The notes under the pieces were generated by a model that was not told the origin of the DNA, did no database searches, and was given only the letters and a program-made list of their open reading frames with translations. A stretch of DNA of 64,000 nucleotides. Source: Octopus vulgaris. Lineage: Eukaryota. The DNA is taken from positions 85,126,001-85,190,000 of the forward strand of contig OX597815.1 of NCBI GenBank assembly GCA_951406725.2, given 5' to 3'. Position 1 is the first letter of the stretch; the number at the start of each line of letters is the position of its first letter. Made by a program: the position numbers and the translations under genes. Below are positions 23,953-35,680 of this stretch, piece after piece.

Positions 23953-24967
23953 AAGAAGAAAGTATCCAGGGTCGCATTATCCAATGTCCCCTTCGTCTTT
24001 AAAGATAGAAGAGTGTAATTTGAGGCAGACTTGGTTGTTATTTGTACCAATCCAAATGACCACTGTGAGGTTCATTTGCTGGCACTGATCGTCACAAGCC
24101 TATTTCAGTCATAATAGCAGACGACAAAACATCAAAACGCCAAAATCCGAAAAAAAAAAAAAGATTTTGGGTTCTTCCTCCCTTAGCCTTTGCTTTGGTT
24201 CTATTCTCCTCAGTCTACCATTTATCTCTCTCATACATATCTCTTTCTCTCTTTCACTACTGCCTAGCTTTTTTTTTTTTAATTTCTTTCCTTTACTCGG
24301 TGATCTTCGTACCAAGCTTCTCTTCCTACTTTTTGTTTCTATCGCCGCTAAATCCCTCTTAGCTTTCATTCTCTCTCCCATTTAATATTTTCGTTCTCTT
24401 GTCGACTTGACTTTTTCTCTCTAGCACTTCTTTCACTTCTCACTTCGACCTTCTCCAACTATTCCCCTCTCGCCACAAATGTCTGCCCTATCTCTCTTTC
24501 ACTCAAGCCATTACATTTTCCCCAGCTGACTAACTTTCCGCTGTCGTTTTTTTTTTCGTCCCTACGTCTTTTCTTTGATGCTTTCTTTTTTTTACCCCTT
24601 CTTTAATTCACATTCTTCTGTTTTCATTTGTCTCGCTCTATTTTCCACTCTGTTCTCCATTCTCTCGCATTTCTCGCCCGTCCACCGCTTTTCATTCACT
24701 CATTCAATCTCCTCTCCTTATTTCCCCCATTTAATCGCACTTTTCTCTCTTTCATTACTTCATTCTTTCATTACTCCGTACCCCATCCTGCTTAGTCTGG
24801 TTTGTTCCTCTACCGATATTTCCCACTTTCCTTCATCTATCCTTATTTTCCCCTTTTGCACTGGATTTGCAAACCAAACACCCCTGATTTTCTCTCATCT
24901 TTCTCTCTCTTTTGCCTTTTATTTTCTATTCCCTGTCATAACTTTCCCGTCCCCTCTGCCTGCTGTC

Positions 24968-25028
<61 letters not shown>

Positions 25029-25030
25029 CT
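24968..25030. repeat. (CT)n microsatellite within a long polypyrimidine region
   Basis: Direct reading. Confidence 0.95.
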
Positions 25031-25779
25031 CAGCCTTTTTCATTCTTTTTTGCCTCTTATTTCGCTGCGTCTCTCACAACACACCGATCTTTCCTGTTTT
25101 CTGCCAGACTTTCCTTCCATTACCCTCTTCTCTCCTTTCTCTCTCTTCGCCAAATATATGTGTATGAGTGTGCACGCGTGTGTGATGAAAGGATATATAT
25201 ATATTAAAAAGAGAGTAATAAAAGTTTAGCTAAAAACGAACAGGAGGCCTTGTGCCTATATTAGAAACGCTCTCTCTTTCTCTCACACATATTCTATTTT
25301 TATTCACCGACATATCCTTCCCCATCTATCTCTGTTTTCTTGCTATCTCCCACTGCTCCTACGACTTTAACTTTTAGTGCGACTTCTTTTACTTCTTCAT
25401 TTCCATCACTATTTCGCCTACTCTTTCCCCCTCAAACACTTTCTCTATTTCCCTTTCTAAACTTTTCTTCCCCCCTCTCTCTCTCTCTCTCTACGTATAT
25501 ATTTATCTCTATTTCTCTTTCACTCTCAGCTATCCAAGAAAAGTAAGCAAGTCATCACCATCTTACCGGTAGAATACCGCCACCATAAAACGTGTGGTGT
25601 GCTTGCCTCGCAGACAGGCGGCTCCTTAGCCTAGATTTGCTACCATTCTTTCCCACTCTCTCTTCTGTTAACTGTGTAATATTCTATAAAATTGCAACTT
25701 TTTATATTACAGGTTCTTTCACCCATTCATTTCACACTTCCAGCAATACTTATGCAGATAGTAATCAATATGAATAAAT

Positions 25780-25896
25780 GGCACTACTTAAATACAGAGG
25801 TCCCAGTGCATCTACGTAAAGATGTTTGTACAGTGCACACGCGTTAGCAGTTAGGGTTACGTAGATGCGTTGGGACCTCTGTATTTAAGTAGTACC
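25780..25896. mobile_element. MITE with 40-bp TIRs, GG..CC ends and 8-bp TSD (Merlin-like)
   Basis: GGCACTACTTAAATACAGAGGTCCCAGTGCATCTACGTAA versus the mirrored right arm (3 mismatches). TSD GAATAAAT at 25772-25779 and 25897-25904. Internal GTTAGGGTTA. Confidence 0.9.
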
Positions 25897-26152
25897 GAAT
25901 AAATACCTTACTGAAAAAAAACCCCAAAAACCACAGACATGTGCACATCTATATGTGTGTGTGTGTGTGTGTACAGGGTCATCTTAGTAGCGTTATGACC
26001 CCCTCCTGGCAAATAAATGTATTTGGTTCAATAGTATTTATTGAAAGCAAGCATGCATAGAACAGCAGTGGACCCCCCGCACTCGTGACGCCTCCGGGCA
26101 ACTACCTATACCTTAAGACCTCAGTAGATAGACAGATAGATAGATAGACACA

Positions 26153-26204
<52 letters not shown>

Positions 26205-26981
26205 CGCGTAGTTGGAGAGAGATAGAGAGGAACCTATAAACAAGTACTCCTTCAGTCATAGATTCATAGACATAAACTCTCTCCAAACACGCCTTTACAC
26301 AAACACGTCTGTATTCGCGCAAGCATATATATATATATATATATATCTGTCTATATAGATAGATATATATATATATACGCACACACCCTCCCTGAGTTAA
26401 ACAAATAGAGAGAGTGAGAAAGAGAGAGCGACGGAGTGTGAGTGGGGGAACACCACAACCAACTTCATTTATACATAGACAGAGTGACTGACAGATTACG
26501 AGACCTATTGCGAAGTTTTTCTCCCGTAACACTCTTTATCAAATAATCATATATATATATATATTTATTATATATATATATATAATCTGTCACGCACACA
26601 TACGCACACATGAATAACAAGAAAAAAAAACTAACCAACCACGACAAAACAAAAATAATATAAAAGAGCAAAAGCCATAAGGATTTTTTTTGTTGTCTCT
26701 TTTATTTTTATTTTATATTTATATTCTGTTTGTAGGCGTTCGGACTTCGAGTTATTGGGTTGACTCGGTTGGAGGTGTAAGGATGGAGTATCGCATGTGT
26801 CTTGACATCGATTGTTGAAACTAGAAGATAAACATCTATCTACATATAAATATATACAAACATACACTCGTGCATGTTGTGTATAGATGTATGTATATAA
26901 GTGTATAGTTTGTGTGGAAAGATATTTTGATAGATATATAAATACACAAGGCATTTGATTCTACCGAGAAAGACCTTCACG

Positions 26982-27078
26982 ATGACGACACTAAAAGTGA
27001 CTGTAATCAGCGCAGATAAACTTCCCAGTGTGGAAACTTTCTTCAAGTTGGACCCTATGTGTTACGTGAAATTCCAAG
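26982..27078 (+). CDS. MYOF: Ferlin (myoferlin/dysferlin-like) first coding exon, N-terminal part of C2A domain
   Basis: ATG at 26982 gives MTTLKVTVISADKLPSVETFFKLDPMCYVKFQ(G), resembling ferlin N-termini as recalled (myoferlin MLRVIVESASNIPKTKFGKPDPIVSVIFKD). It ends in phase 1 at CAAG|GTATTA. The symbol means co-orthologue of MYOF/DYSF; the exact paralogue is unresolved. Confidence 0.85.
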
Positions 27079-27623
27079 GTATTAAAAAACGTGCTTATTA
27101 TACACATATATACGCATACATACACCTATATGCACATACATATATGCACACACACATGTGCATTTTGTTGGATATATTGTTGCTCCTGTTAATGTTAGTG
27201 AACTACAGAAAAAAAATTGACATTTCTCTGGGCATTCCTAAATAAAAATGTGTTATAAGTTATTACTTTGTTTTATTGTAGAAATATTTGGTCAGACAGT
27301 TTCCCTATATCATTACTTAACTAATTCTATACTCGATAAACTTATAAATAAATAAATCTTTGTCCCATTCTTACTACCTCTTATAAAACTTGTGTGCATA
27401 TTATATATACATATATATATATATATTTAAAAACTTCCGTAGACATTGCTATATATAACTTTCATTTATATAAAACTTTCTAGTTTTTCTGCGATTCTGT
27501 TGAACCATTCTTTCTGATGTGTATTATATGTTTACTAATGCGATATATTTTTAAAATAAAGATTGTAAATTTATTAGAATTATCCTTCGAAACTTTTAAA
27601 GAATCTGTTACACATAGATTATG

Positions 27624-27717
27624 GGCGGAGGTTAAAGAAAATACGTACACCACCCGTTTTTGGCGTAACAAAGATCCTAACCCTAAACACCGGGTGTACG
27701 TATTCTTTACTTTCGTC
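27624..27717. mobile_element. MITE with imperfect TIRs and 8-10 bp TSD (Mutator/Merlin-like) in ferlin intron 1
   Basis: TAAAGAAAATACGTACACC / GGTGTACGTATTCTTTA. Direct repeat TAGATTATG at 27615-27623 and 27718-27726. Internal CCTAACCCTAA. Confidence 0.8.
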
Positions 27718-28378
27718 TAGATTATGGTTACAGTCCGCATGAAAGTCTACTTTATCAGGATAGGATTGCATAATATATACCGGGAAAAAACCGTGAGACC
27801 GAAACAAGCCCTCCCCTTAATTCTTCCACATATATTAGTTTAATTCAACATAATATGAATTAAACATTTTTTGCCGCCAGTAAATGGCAATGAGATGTCA
27901 AAGGGTAGTGTATGTAGTTAATTGACTTAAAGTTGACGCTCCAAGTTCGAAGCTCACCAGGGTTACTATCTACCTGCGATAGATAAAATAAATATTGCTA
28001 TTCTACGAGAGACAGTTGATTTTTCCCAATAATTTTGTTTTGTACTTGACCAAATGAACTCGACTGTTTTGTTAATGGGACAGCATGGTCCTTAAGTAAA
28101 TTTTGCCGGTCAGTAGACATAAGCATTCTAATAAAGTTCTTTTAATAAAAGTTGTAATTTCAATCACTAGTCTCTCACTGTTCAGCTTGCACAGCAACTC
28201 GGGGCCCCTAACAATACAAACAGTCTAATTTTATTTTGTTTCTTCATATGTGTTTTCCGTAACTTAAAACTCCTGTTTTTTTTTGGGGGGGGGGGGAGAT
28301 ATTGTTTAAAGAAAAATATAGTAAAATAACCATGAAATTTGATTATAATCCAATTAACCAACATTGATTCCATTGCAG

Positions 28379-28434
28379 GGAGTGAAAAGAAAACCAAGGA
28401 GATTAAAGATACGGAAACCCCTGAATGGAACGAG
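28379..28434 (+). CDS. MYOF: Ferlin second coding exon (C2A domain)
   Basis: Acceptor TTGCAG| and donor GAG|GTAGGT. The 56-nt exon completes the split Gly codon and reads GSEKKTKEIKDTETPEWNE, matching the ferlin KKTK..NP.WNE motif. Phase 1 to phase 0 and 56 nt agree with vertebrate DYSF/MYOF exon 2 as I recall it. Confidence 0.88.
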
Positions 28435-29634
28435 GTAGGTGTCACCATAGTCTGCTAGAACGCCTGACAATTCCATTGAGGAATTAAGCGTTATTAAACA
28501 TTTTCCATCCAGCAATAAGAGTATTGTCATTTTTTTCCCTTGGCGGTCATATAAATCTCAGTTGTATACATAATCATTTCTGAGATTATTTACAAACGTG
28601 TGTATGTGCGTGTGAGCTACTGTGAGTATATAAGGACCTTAAAATTTATAGAGAGACTAAGAGAATTGTGGAGGGTAGCTGTTGATTGATATCGTTTTTT
28701 CGGCATAGTTATGCTCTTTTTTTCTTGTAGGTGCCTTAGTGATATAAGTGCATCTGGAGCGTGCCATCACCATCTTAAGTGTAATCAGTGTGACCACGCC
28801 CTAACAACACTGCAACAACACGCACTTTCTTTCATACCTTCCCCAGGCTTCTTATTCTAATACATCTTCTTATATACCTTTCTGGATTTTCTAAAATCTT
28901 TCATTTGGATGCAGATTATTTATAACGAAACTGGAACATTTGAAGTCAGTTACCCATCCGTATGCTCACTGTGCCGCTCTGTCTGTCTGTCTTCTCTCTT
29001 TCTTTCTCTCTTACCCACACACACTTAACACACACACATACACACACGCGCACATATATTTCTCAACTATCCAAAAAATTTTAATGTTTCATTTTTTTTC
29101 TTTGTCTACAATTGCTAAATTTTAAAAAATTCTATTTTAGTTTATACGCCCCGTTTCCATAACCCGCTATTCAGTTCATAAATTCTTTTGGTTTTGTGTG
29201 GGTGTGCATCCGGTGGAAGGAAGGCGGAAAGTTTAACTACAGCAACTATTGTGGTTATATCATAAATGCTTACTGCTCGACTTAACGTGTCAGGCTAGTT
29301 TAATTGTCATTTCGCTTATTCCTTCTAAACGAGCATGAAGTGTGGAAAAATGTGTATTTTCATACCTACTAGTATTGGTTTCATTTATCTCCACAGCTTA
29401 GTGATACGTGAAAATCTGAAATAATTAAAGTGCAAAGAGGCTGATCTCAGCAAGATTTGAACTCGAAAATATTTAGCCTCGAACTTAACTGCTAGGCCTC
29501 ATAATCGTTCATGACATTCTATGACCTCTCTCTCCCTATCTCTCTCCCTCTCTCTCTATCTATCTATCCATCCACACACATACGACCAGCCATCTTCCCC
29601 ACTGCCTCACTGAGGCTTCCTATATATGTCAACA

Positions 29635-29790
29635 CAGGGGCCGACTGAGCAGTCGGTCAATCAGGCACTGCCTGATGGCCCGGAGCTCTGAGGGGCAAGC
29701 ACTCTACATGTTAACTTTACTGATATCAATGCTAAGGGGCCTGGTTAACAGTTATGCCTGAAGGCCCTTAATACTCTCACTCCTCCCCTG
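29635..29790. mobile_element. hAT-type MITE
   Basis: CAGGGG..CCCCTG termini; perfect 8-bp TSD TGTCAACA (29627-29634 and 29791-29798). Confidence 0.9.
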
Positions 29791-30249
29791 TGTCAACAAA
29801 ATACTTTAGATCTGACCAGAGGTGACCCTCTATTTGGTGAAAGTGTGCCTTAATTGCTTACATAACTGGAACAGCAGTACTCCATGGCATATGGTTGTCT
29901 CCAAAGAAAGGCCATCAGTTGTCAAAGATTTACTCACAAACATACTATGATCACTAACTTACTGACCCCTTGTTTCTTTCATGACTATTTTATTGTTACA
30001 ACTGTCTCCTCTAAACTGGCAAGGCCCAAGCTCCTACTTGTTTTCCTCTTGTCATCTTTTATTTGTCTCTGTCCATATTCTTAATGCTTTGCCCAATTCA
30101 TCCTTCCTAGAAGTGCAACAATCAGAAACTCTCATTTTGTCCCCCAATCCCCTCATTTACAAACATCTACCTGGAAAAGGGCAAATTGAACATCAACTAC
30201 ATTAAACATCATTATCCTTGAAAAGCATCCAAATGGCTTTTGGCATTAT

Positions 30250-31950
30250 CCACAATTATGTGCAACATTTCTGTTTCACTTTGTTTTGGGTCTGAGTTTC
30301 CCTCAAATTGTAGCCTACTATACTGGAAAAAAAAGTAAGGACACAGTGTACAATGTTGTCCTAAAAACACTATCTTTTAAAAAAAGAACATATAGTCAAG
30401 GTTGGAATGCTTTTTGTTATACGTCTGCAATACCAGGGCTGACTAGGGTCTTAAAAAAAGATGTCAGTATCCTACTGCAGCCTAACTTGGATGGCAAAAT
30501 TGAAACTGTTGCAACATGTGCAGGGCATGGATTCCCAAGAGCTAACTTTTTGAATATAGTGGCTTGTACAGGCTTGGGCAAGAAACCAGTGTAGATATAC
30601 AGATGAAGAGTTGGGGAGATAAAGTGAGTTTGGAGTACCTAAGCATAGAAGGCACAAAGCCAGGGACTTCTGAAGAGGAAAACCTGCTGAAGTAGCAGTA
30701 GAAAAAGTAAAGAGGAGACATCACATTTGTGAGCCAGAGTGTGTCTTAGTGACTTCATGCAGATCAGTCAGGTCACCTTTCTCTGAATACAGCTTAGAAT
30801 GCCTCTATGTATAGCAACAGCACTGTCCCAGATGTAAGAAGAATATTATAGGTGTCACCTGAACTTTGTATTGGATTAGTAATTTTTGAAGAAAAACCAG
30901 TCTTTGAGAGGCCCTCTTTGCTATGTTGAGGATGTGTTTGGTACAAAGAGATCCTCCATAATGGTGAGGCTTAGCATTTAAAGGGATAATGCGGGTTCCA
31001 GTTGCATACTGTTCAAATTTAAGAGGGGTAAGATGTGATAATGATTTCTATGTTTTTGGCTATTGATAACATAGGCATGACTTCATTGGATGATATTTTG
31101 GAGGCTGGTAGTGATCTCTGTTCATAAAGTCAGGGTAGATTTAGTGTGAGATGTCCTGGTTGTATGTAAATAACACTTGGATGTGGAAGGTGAAGGAGTA
31201 AGATTAGACAGAGCACTGTTGAAAATGATGCTATGTAGGATATTAATTTATAGGGAAAAGAATGTGAAAGGTAAAGCTGTACCCTGAAGCATACCAGTGT
31301 AGGTCAGCAAGCTCCATCAGCACACCACAGTTTGATAAAAAGTCACTGATATGAAAGATGATTGGAACCCTAGGTAGGGAGATTTGTACGTCAGACATGG
31401 TTGCAAACTTGGCTGATGTTGAGAACGACGACACTGCTTGCAACTAAATTTCTTGATGAGTGACAGGAGATTTGGGGTTTATGAAAGCTATAAGGGAAAG
31501 AAATTCAAGGTATTGGAGAAGGTTGATAGCTGTTCCCTATCACCCTTGGGATATTAGAATGAGTGCAAGAGGATGATAGTTGGCAAAATCAGAGGTTACC
31601 CATTGCCCTTCTTAGAGATAGGACACACTGAAGTGCATTCTTAAAGATTGGTATATATCTTTGGAGAGAGAGAGATTTAAAAGTTTGGTGAGGATAGTAG
31701 GGATTGCTTCTGGAGTGCATTGTCTGAAGGTAATAGAAGGGATATTGTCAAGGCTGGTTTCCTTATTGGATTGAAGCAACTAAAGGAATTTTTTTTGCAA
31801 TTGACAAGTATGTGTACATGGTGGTGAATCTGATAGAACAGAAAGGTATAATTTTGGAGATTTACCTAGTGTGTGGAATTGGAAGCAATGTGGGCAGCAG
31901 TTGAGGGAGTTTTCTCCATGGGGATATGTTGATGTCAAACTTCCTGTGCT
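30250..31950 (-). mobile_element. Decayed LINE RT region (CR1/Jockey/I-type)
   Basis: Minus-strand broken frames include ISDFLS, GMLQGT.L..F..YIN (GVPQGS-like) and YKVQV.P...S.IWD. Heavily disrupted. Confidence 0.6.
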
Positions 31951-32974
31951 TTCTCCAAATCAGGATTATTAGCAGTTTCATAACACAAATGGACAGTGTC
32001 ATTAGTTTTAACTAAACCTCCCTCCATGTGTCAATTTTATTCTGATAGGCCTTCATTACCTTTCTCTTTCTCACTGACTTCCTTCTTTTCCCCCTTCTTA
32101 CACTCTGCTTTTCCCTTCCTTCTTCTTCTCTCTCTTTATATCTGATTCCTCTCTCTCATGTACTCTCCCTACTTCCCTCATTTTGCCTCTCCTTCTGTCT
32201 TTGCCACTCCTTTCCTCTCTCTTTCTGGCTCATCTCCCTCTCTCTCATTCTCTGCTTGCTATCTTTATTCCCCCCACCCCTGTCTGTTCTAGTTAATGTA
32301 GACCATAATGAACATACTAAGCTACCATCAGTAACCTGAAACTAGTTGACTAATAAAGACTTGAGTTTGAGTGAGTGTTGTAAGCATACCAGGAGAAACA
32401 GTTGCCTACTATATTCTGCTCTTATCTGTAGCTAGTTTACAACATTCATCTCTACCACTAGTTTATTGTTAGTATGTAATAAAAGCCACAATAAACTGAC
32501 CAACATTAAAATTTTGCTCAGCACTAATCATGTCGCCTTTGTTCAGTTTTTCAACTGTGAAGCTAGGTGTAGCCTACACACATACAGACTATGAAAAAGA
32601 ACCGGCTTGTGGGTGTGTCTGTAATGTGGAATGACATTGTTTGGTGTGTCAATGTATTTTCGTAACCAAGAGTAGTGGGTTGGCTAACTCATCAGTGTTG
32701 GACAAAATTACATACTATTTAGTTACAGCTCATTTACATTCTGAGTTAAAATCCTGCTGGTGTCAGTTTTGTTTTCTTGGGTCTCTGAAATAAATCACCA
32801 GTCAAGTACTGGGGCTGTTTCAACTGGTTGTATCATCCCCATGCCCTTGTGCCCCTCTAAGAAACATATTTATGTAACTAAGGCAGGTGTGGAAGTTGAA
32901 ATTATACAAGCAGGATTACTTGCTTTAGGGTATCTTCAGAGGTTTTGTACTTTTTAAGGGAAATTCTTTCCCAG

Positions 32975-33400
32975 GGCTGGCACAGGCATGGCTGTGTGGT
33001 AAGAAATTTGTTTCCCAACCACATGGTTCTGGGTTCAGTCCAACTGCATGGTACCTTGGACAAGTACTTTTTGCTATAGCCCCAGGCCAACCAAGGCCTT
33101 GTGAGTGGATTTGACAGATGGAAACCAAAAGAAGCCTGTCATATGTATGTGTGTGTGTGTAAATAGATATGCATGTGTTTTTGTGTCTCCTTGTCTTGAC
33201 ATTGCATGATGGTTATGAGTATCATTGTCATACAAGCAGTGCCATTAATTTCCAATATTCTGTAAGAACATGTCTGTTCATGTGAAAATATTACCTTGCT
33301 TAGAAATTGTTGGTCACAGGCATCCAACCATGGAAAATCTGCCTCAAATAAACTTCATTCAGCTCATGCAAACATGGGCATGTAGATGTTAAATGACAAT
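32975..33400 (+). mobile_element. SINE B head with RTE-like 3' tail (chimeric SINE)
   Basis: GGCTGTGTGGTAAGAA..GGGTTCAGTCC head; ends GGCATCCAACC..CATGCAAACATGG..GATGTTAAATGA. Second copy at 38513-38945. Confidence 0.7.
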
Positions 33401-33484
33401 GAACTTCGGTTGAACTTCCATCTCTTCAGTTTCATATGTTGCAGTTAAATCCCTCTAATATATTAAGGTTCTCATTTTTTTCTC

Positions 33485-33892
33485 TTTTTACTCTTGTTAC
33501 TTGTTTCAGTCATTTTGACTGTGGCCATGCTGGAACACCGCCTTTAATTGAGCAACTAGACCCCGGGACTTATTCTTTGTAAGCCCAGTACTTATTCTAT
33601 CTGTCTCTTTTGCCAAACCGCTAAGTGATGGGGACATAAACACACCAGCATCGGTTGTCAAACAATGCTAGGGGGACAAACACAGAGACACAAACATACA
33701 CGCACACACATATATATATACATATATACGACGGGCTTCTTTCAGTTTCCGTCTACCAAATCCACTCACAAGGCTTTGGTCAGCCCGAGGCCATAGTAGA
33801 AGACACTTGCCCAAGGTGCCACGCAGTGGGACTGAACCCGGAACCATGTGGTTGGTAAACAAGCTCATTACCACACAGTCACTCCTGCGCCT
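33485..33892 (-). mobile_element. Full-length tRNA-derived SINE family B
   Basis: Minus strand: GGCGCAGGAGTGACTGTGTGGTAA (A box), CCGGGTTCAGTCCC (B box), internal TA/TG tract, GTAAAAGAG-type tail. CpGs retained, so a relatively young copy. Confidence 0.88.
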
Positions 33893-35344
33893 AAATTTAC
33901 ATATCTACCTGATACACTATCAAAATAGTTTATTTAAAACCAAAGGTTGTTTACATAGTTTGTTCAGTTGTAAATAACTTCAGCATTTGACAGGTTATTG
34001 TTTAATTTATTTTTCAGTAAAAGAGTTGTCTGTATAGTTTTATTTATTTATTTATATAATGTATATTTTGTACCTAGTGTAGGTATAGGAATTTAATTCC
34101 AAGTCAAGAATACCTATTACAGAAGTTCTAGCCATGATCATCCAAACCATTTTTAGTCCTTGCTTCAGTTGATCTGTTAGGTGGCCCTTCATTTTTAATT
34201 AGATCTTCTCAAGTAGATCTGATACAGATGACAGAAGGTTTTGGTCAGCAGTTCTAGCATTCATCGGCTTGTTTTTATTGATTCAACTATGCATATTCAA
34301 TTCTACTCTAAAATTTGCATTGTTCAGTCAATACATCACGCTGCTTCTCTTGGGTGGTATCAGGATTTTCTATTTTTTTATTACCTGAAAACTCATGCCA
34401 GGTGCATCAATTAGTCTGGAGCATTTGAGATTTGAACTATAGCTCTCAGATTTTTCCCTGTCTAGAACCACAAACTAATGTTTTTTTTATAAAAGGAAGA
34501 GTGTCACCATAAAAGCTGGAAATGTCTACATGAAAATAGCTCAATCAGTTATCTTTGGCTGACTTATTGTGGTTGAAGTATTAAACTACAAGGAAGTGTG
34601 TGAGGTTTTCCCATCAAATAGTTGGGCTGAAGATTCTAGAAGAATGGCCAACAGCTATAAAGCTGGCAAATTCAACCTTAAATCAGCTAACCACAAGCCA
34701 TTTAGTGGACCTCTCCTTCTCTTTCACTTTTCTTATATAACATGCTTATGTCATGCTTGACAAAGGCACCAAGCTTAACTTATAATGTTAAGTAATGGAT
34801 ATTATATATGCAGTGATTTAAATTCCTTGCACTGCTTTTTTAACATTATCCTGCAAATTATGTATAGATGATTCCTAATTGTATGTTTATTGAAGATTGT
34901 TCCGTTTATTTATTGGATATATATTTGTACATATTATGATGTGAGTAAATATTTGAAGCATCAGTTAAACTTTGTAATTTGATCTTGTTTTTTGTTTTTT
35001 TTTAATATTAAAATTTAAATGTGCTCATTAATCTTGAATTTTCTTACTCTTTAATACAGAATGAGATAGTTTATCTTGTTACTTGTTTTATAAAAGTATG
35101 TGCACAGGAAAAGGTTGTTGCTCCATATGAAGGGACTGACTCTACTAGTGCATGGAAAAAATTCCTCTTAAGGTTGTCTGACAGGGTTGATTTCTAGACA
35201 ACATCCAATTTGTTTAAGGCTGACCATGCTTTTACATCTTTTTCAGTTGAGGTGTGTCTCAGAACCTAGGTATGTGAAATCATCAGCTTCATTGATGGGA
35301 TCTCTGCTGATGTTGACTGAAGATTCTAGAAGGATGGTTAACTG

Positions 35345-35680
35345 AGATCCAAGCTAGATGAAACTTACACCTGAAAGTTAAGAGGAGTCATAAACATATC
35401 CTGGAGAACTTTTTCCACCAAGAAGCAACTGTATGGAGATTTCCTGCCTGTTTCCACTATTAAAAGGGAAAGACACTTATGCTCTGCAGGGCATTGCTGA
35501 CATGCTAAACGAGCTGGCAAGTGACCTACTGCTATGGATGCTAAAATATGGCCATGGTCATCTGCACACAACGTATGTAGATCAACACATTAAAGGTACT
35601 GAAGACCACCCTCAACTAATGCTGGGCCAAGATGGATAGCATGCATGGGTTGAAAATGTCTGAGCTAGCTTGACCAGATA
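35345..35680 (+). mobile_element. RTE/RTEX-like LINE 3' ORF remnant
   Basis: NISWR...TKKQLYGD, ELASDLLLW and TTYVDQ motifs across frameshifts. Confidence 0.65.

Larger units (their letters stand above)
24100..29500. promoter_or_regulatory. CpG-retaining promoter/5' region around the ferlin start
   Basis: CG dinucleotides are visibly more frequent than in the flanks (judged by eye). There are long CT-rich tracts and few SINEs. A candidate acceptor TTTGTAG| at 26735 suggests an upstream non-coding exon. Confidence 0.5.

Noticed and set aside
24575-25207. 210-aa hydrophobic ORF
   Set aside because: Translation of a CT-rich low-complexity tract (F/S/L bias) with no domain motif.
27079-27245. 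Read-through of ferlin exon 1 (GIKKR.., resembling DYSF GVKKR) into a 96-aa ORF
   Set aside because: A valid donor and a better-matching exon 2 exist, and the continuation runs into CA/TA repeats, so the resemblance is probably coincidental.
33820-33892. tRNA-like A/B boxes
   Set aside because: This is a SINE head: no full cloverleaf, and it is continuous with a multi-copy SINE body.
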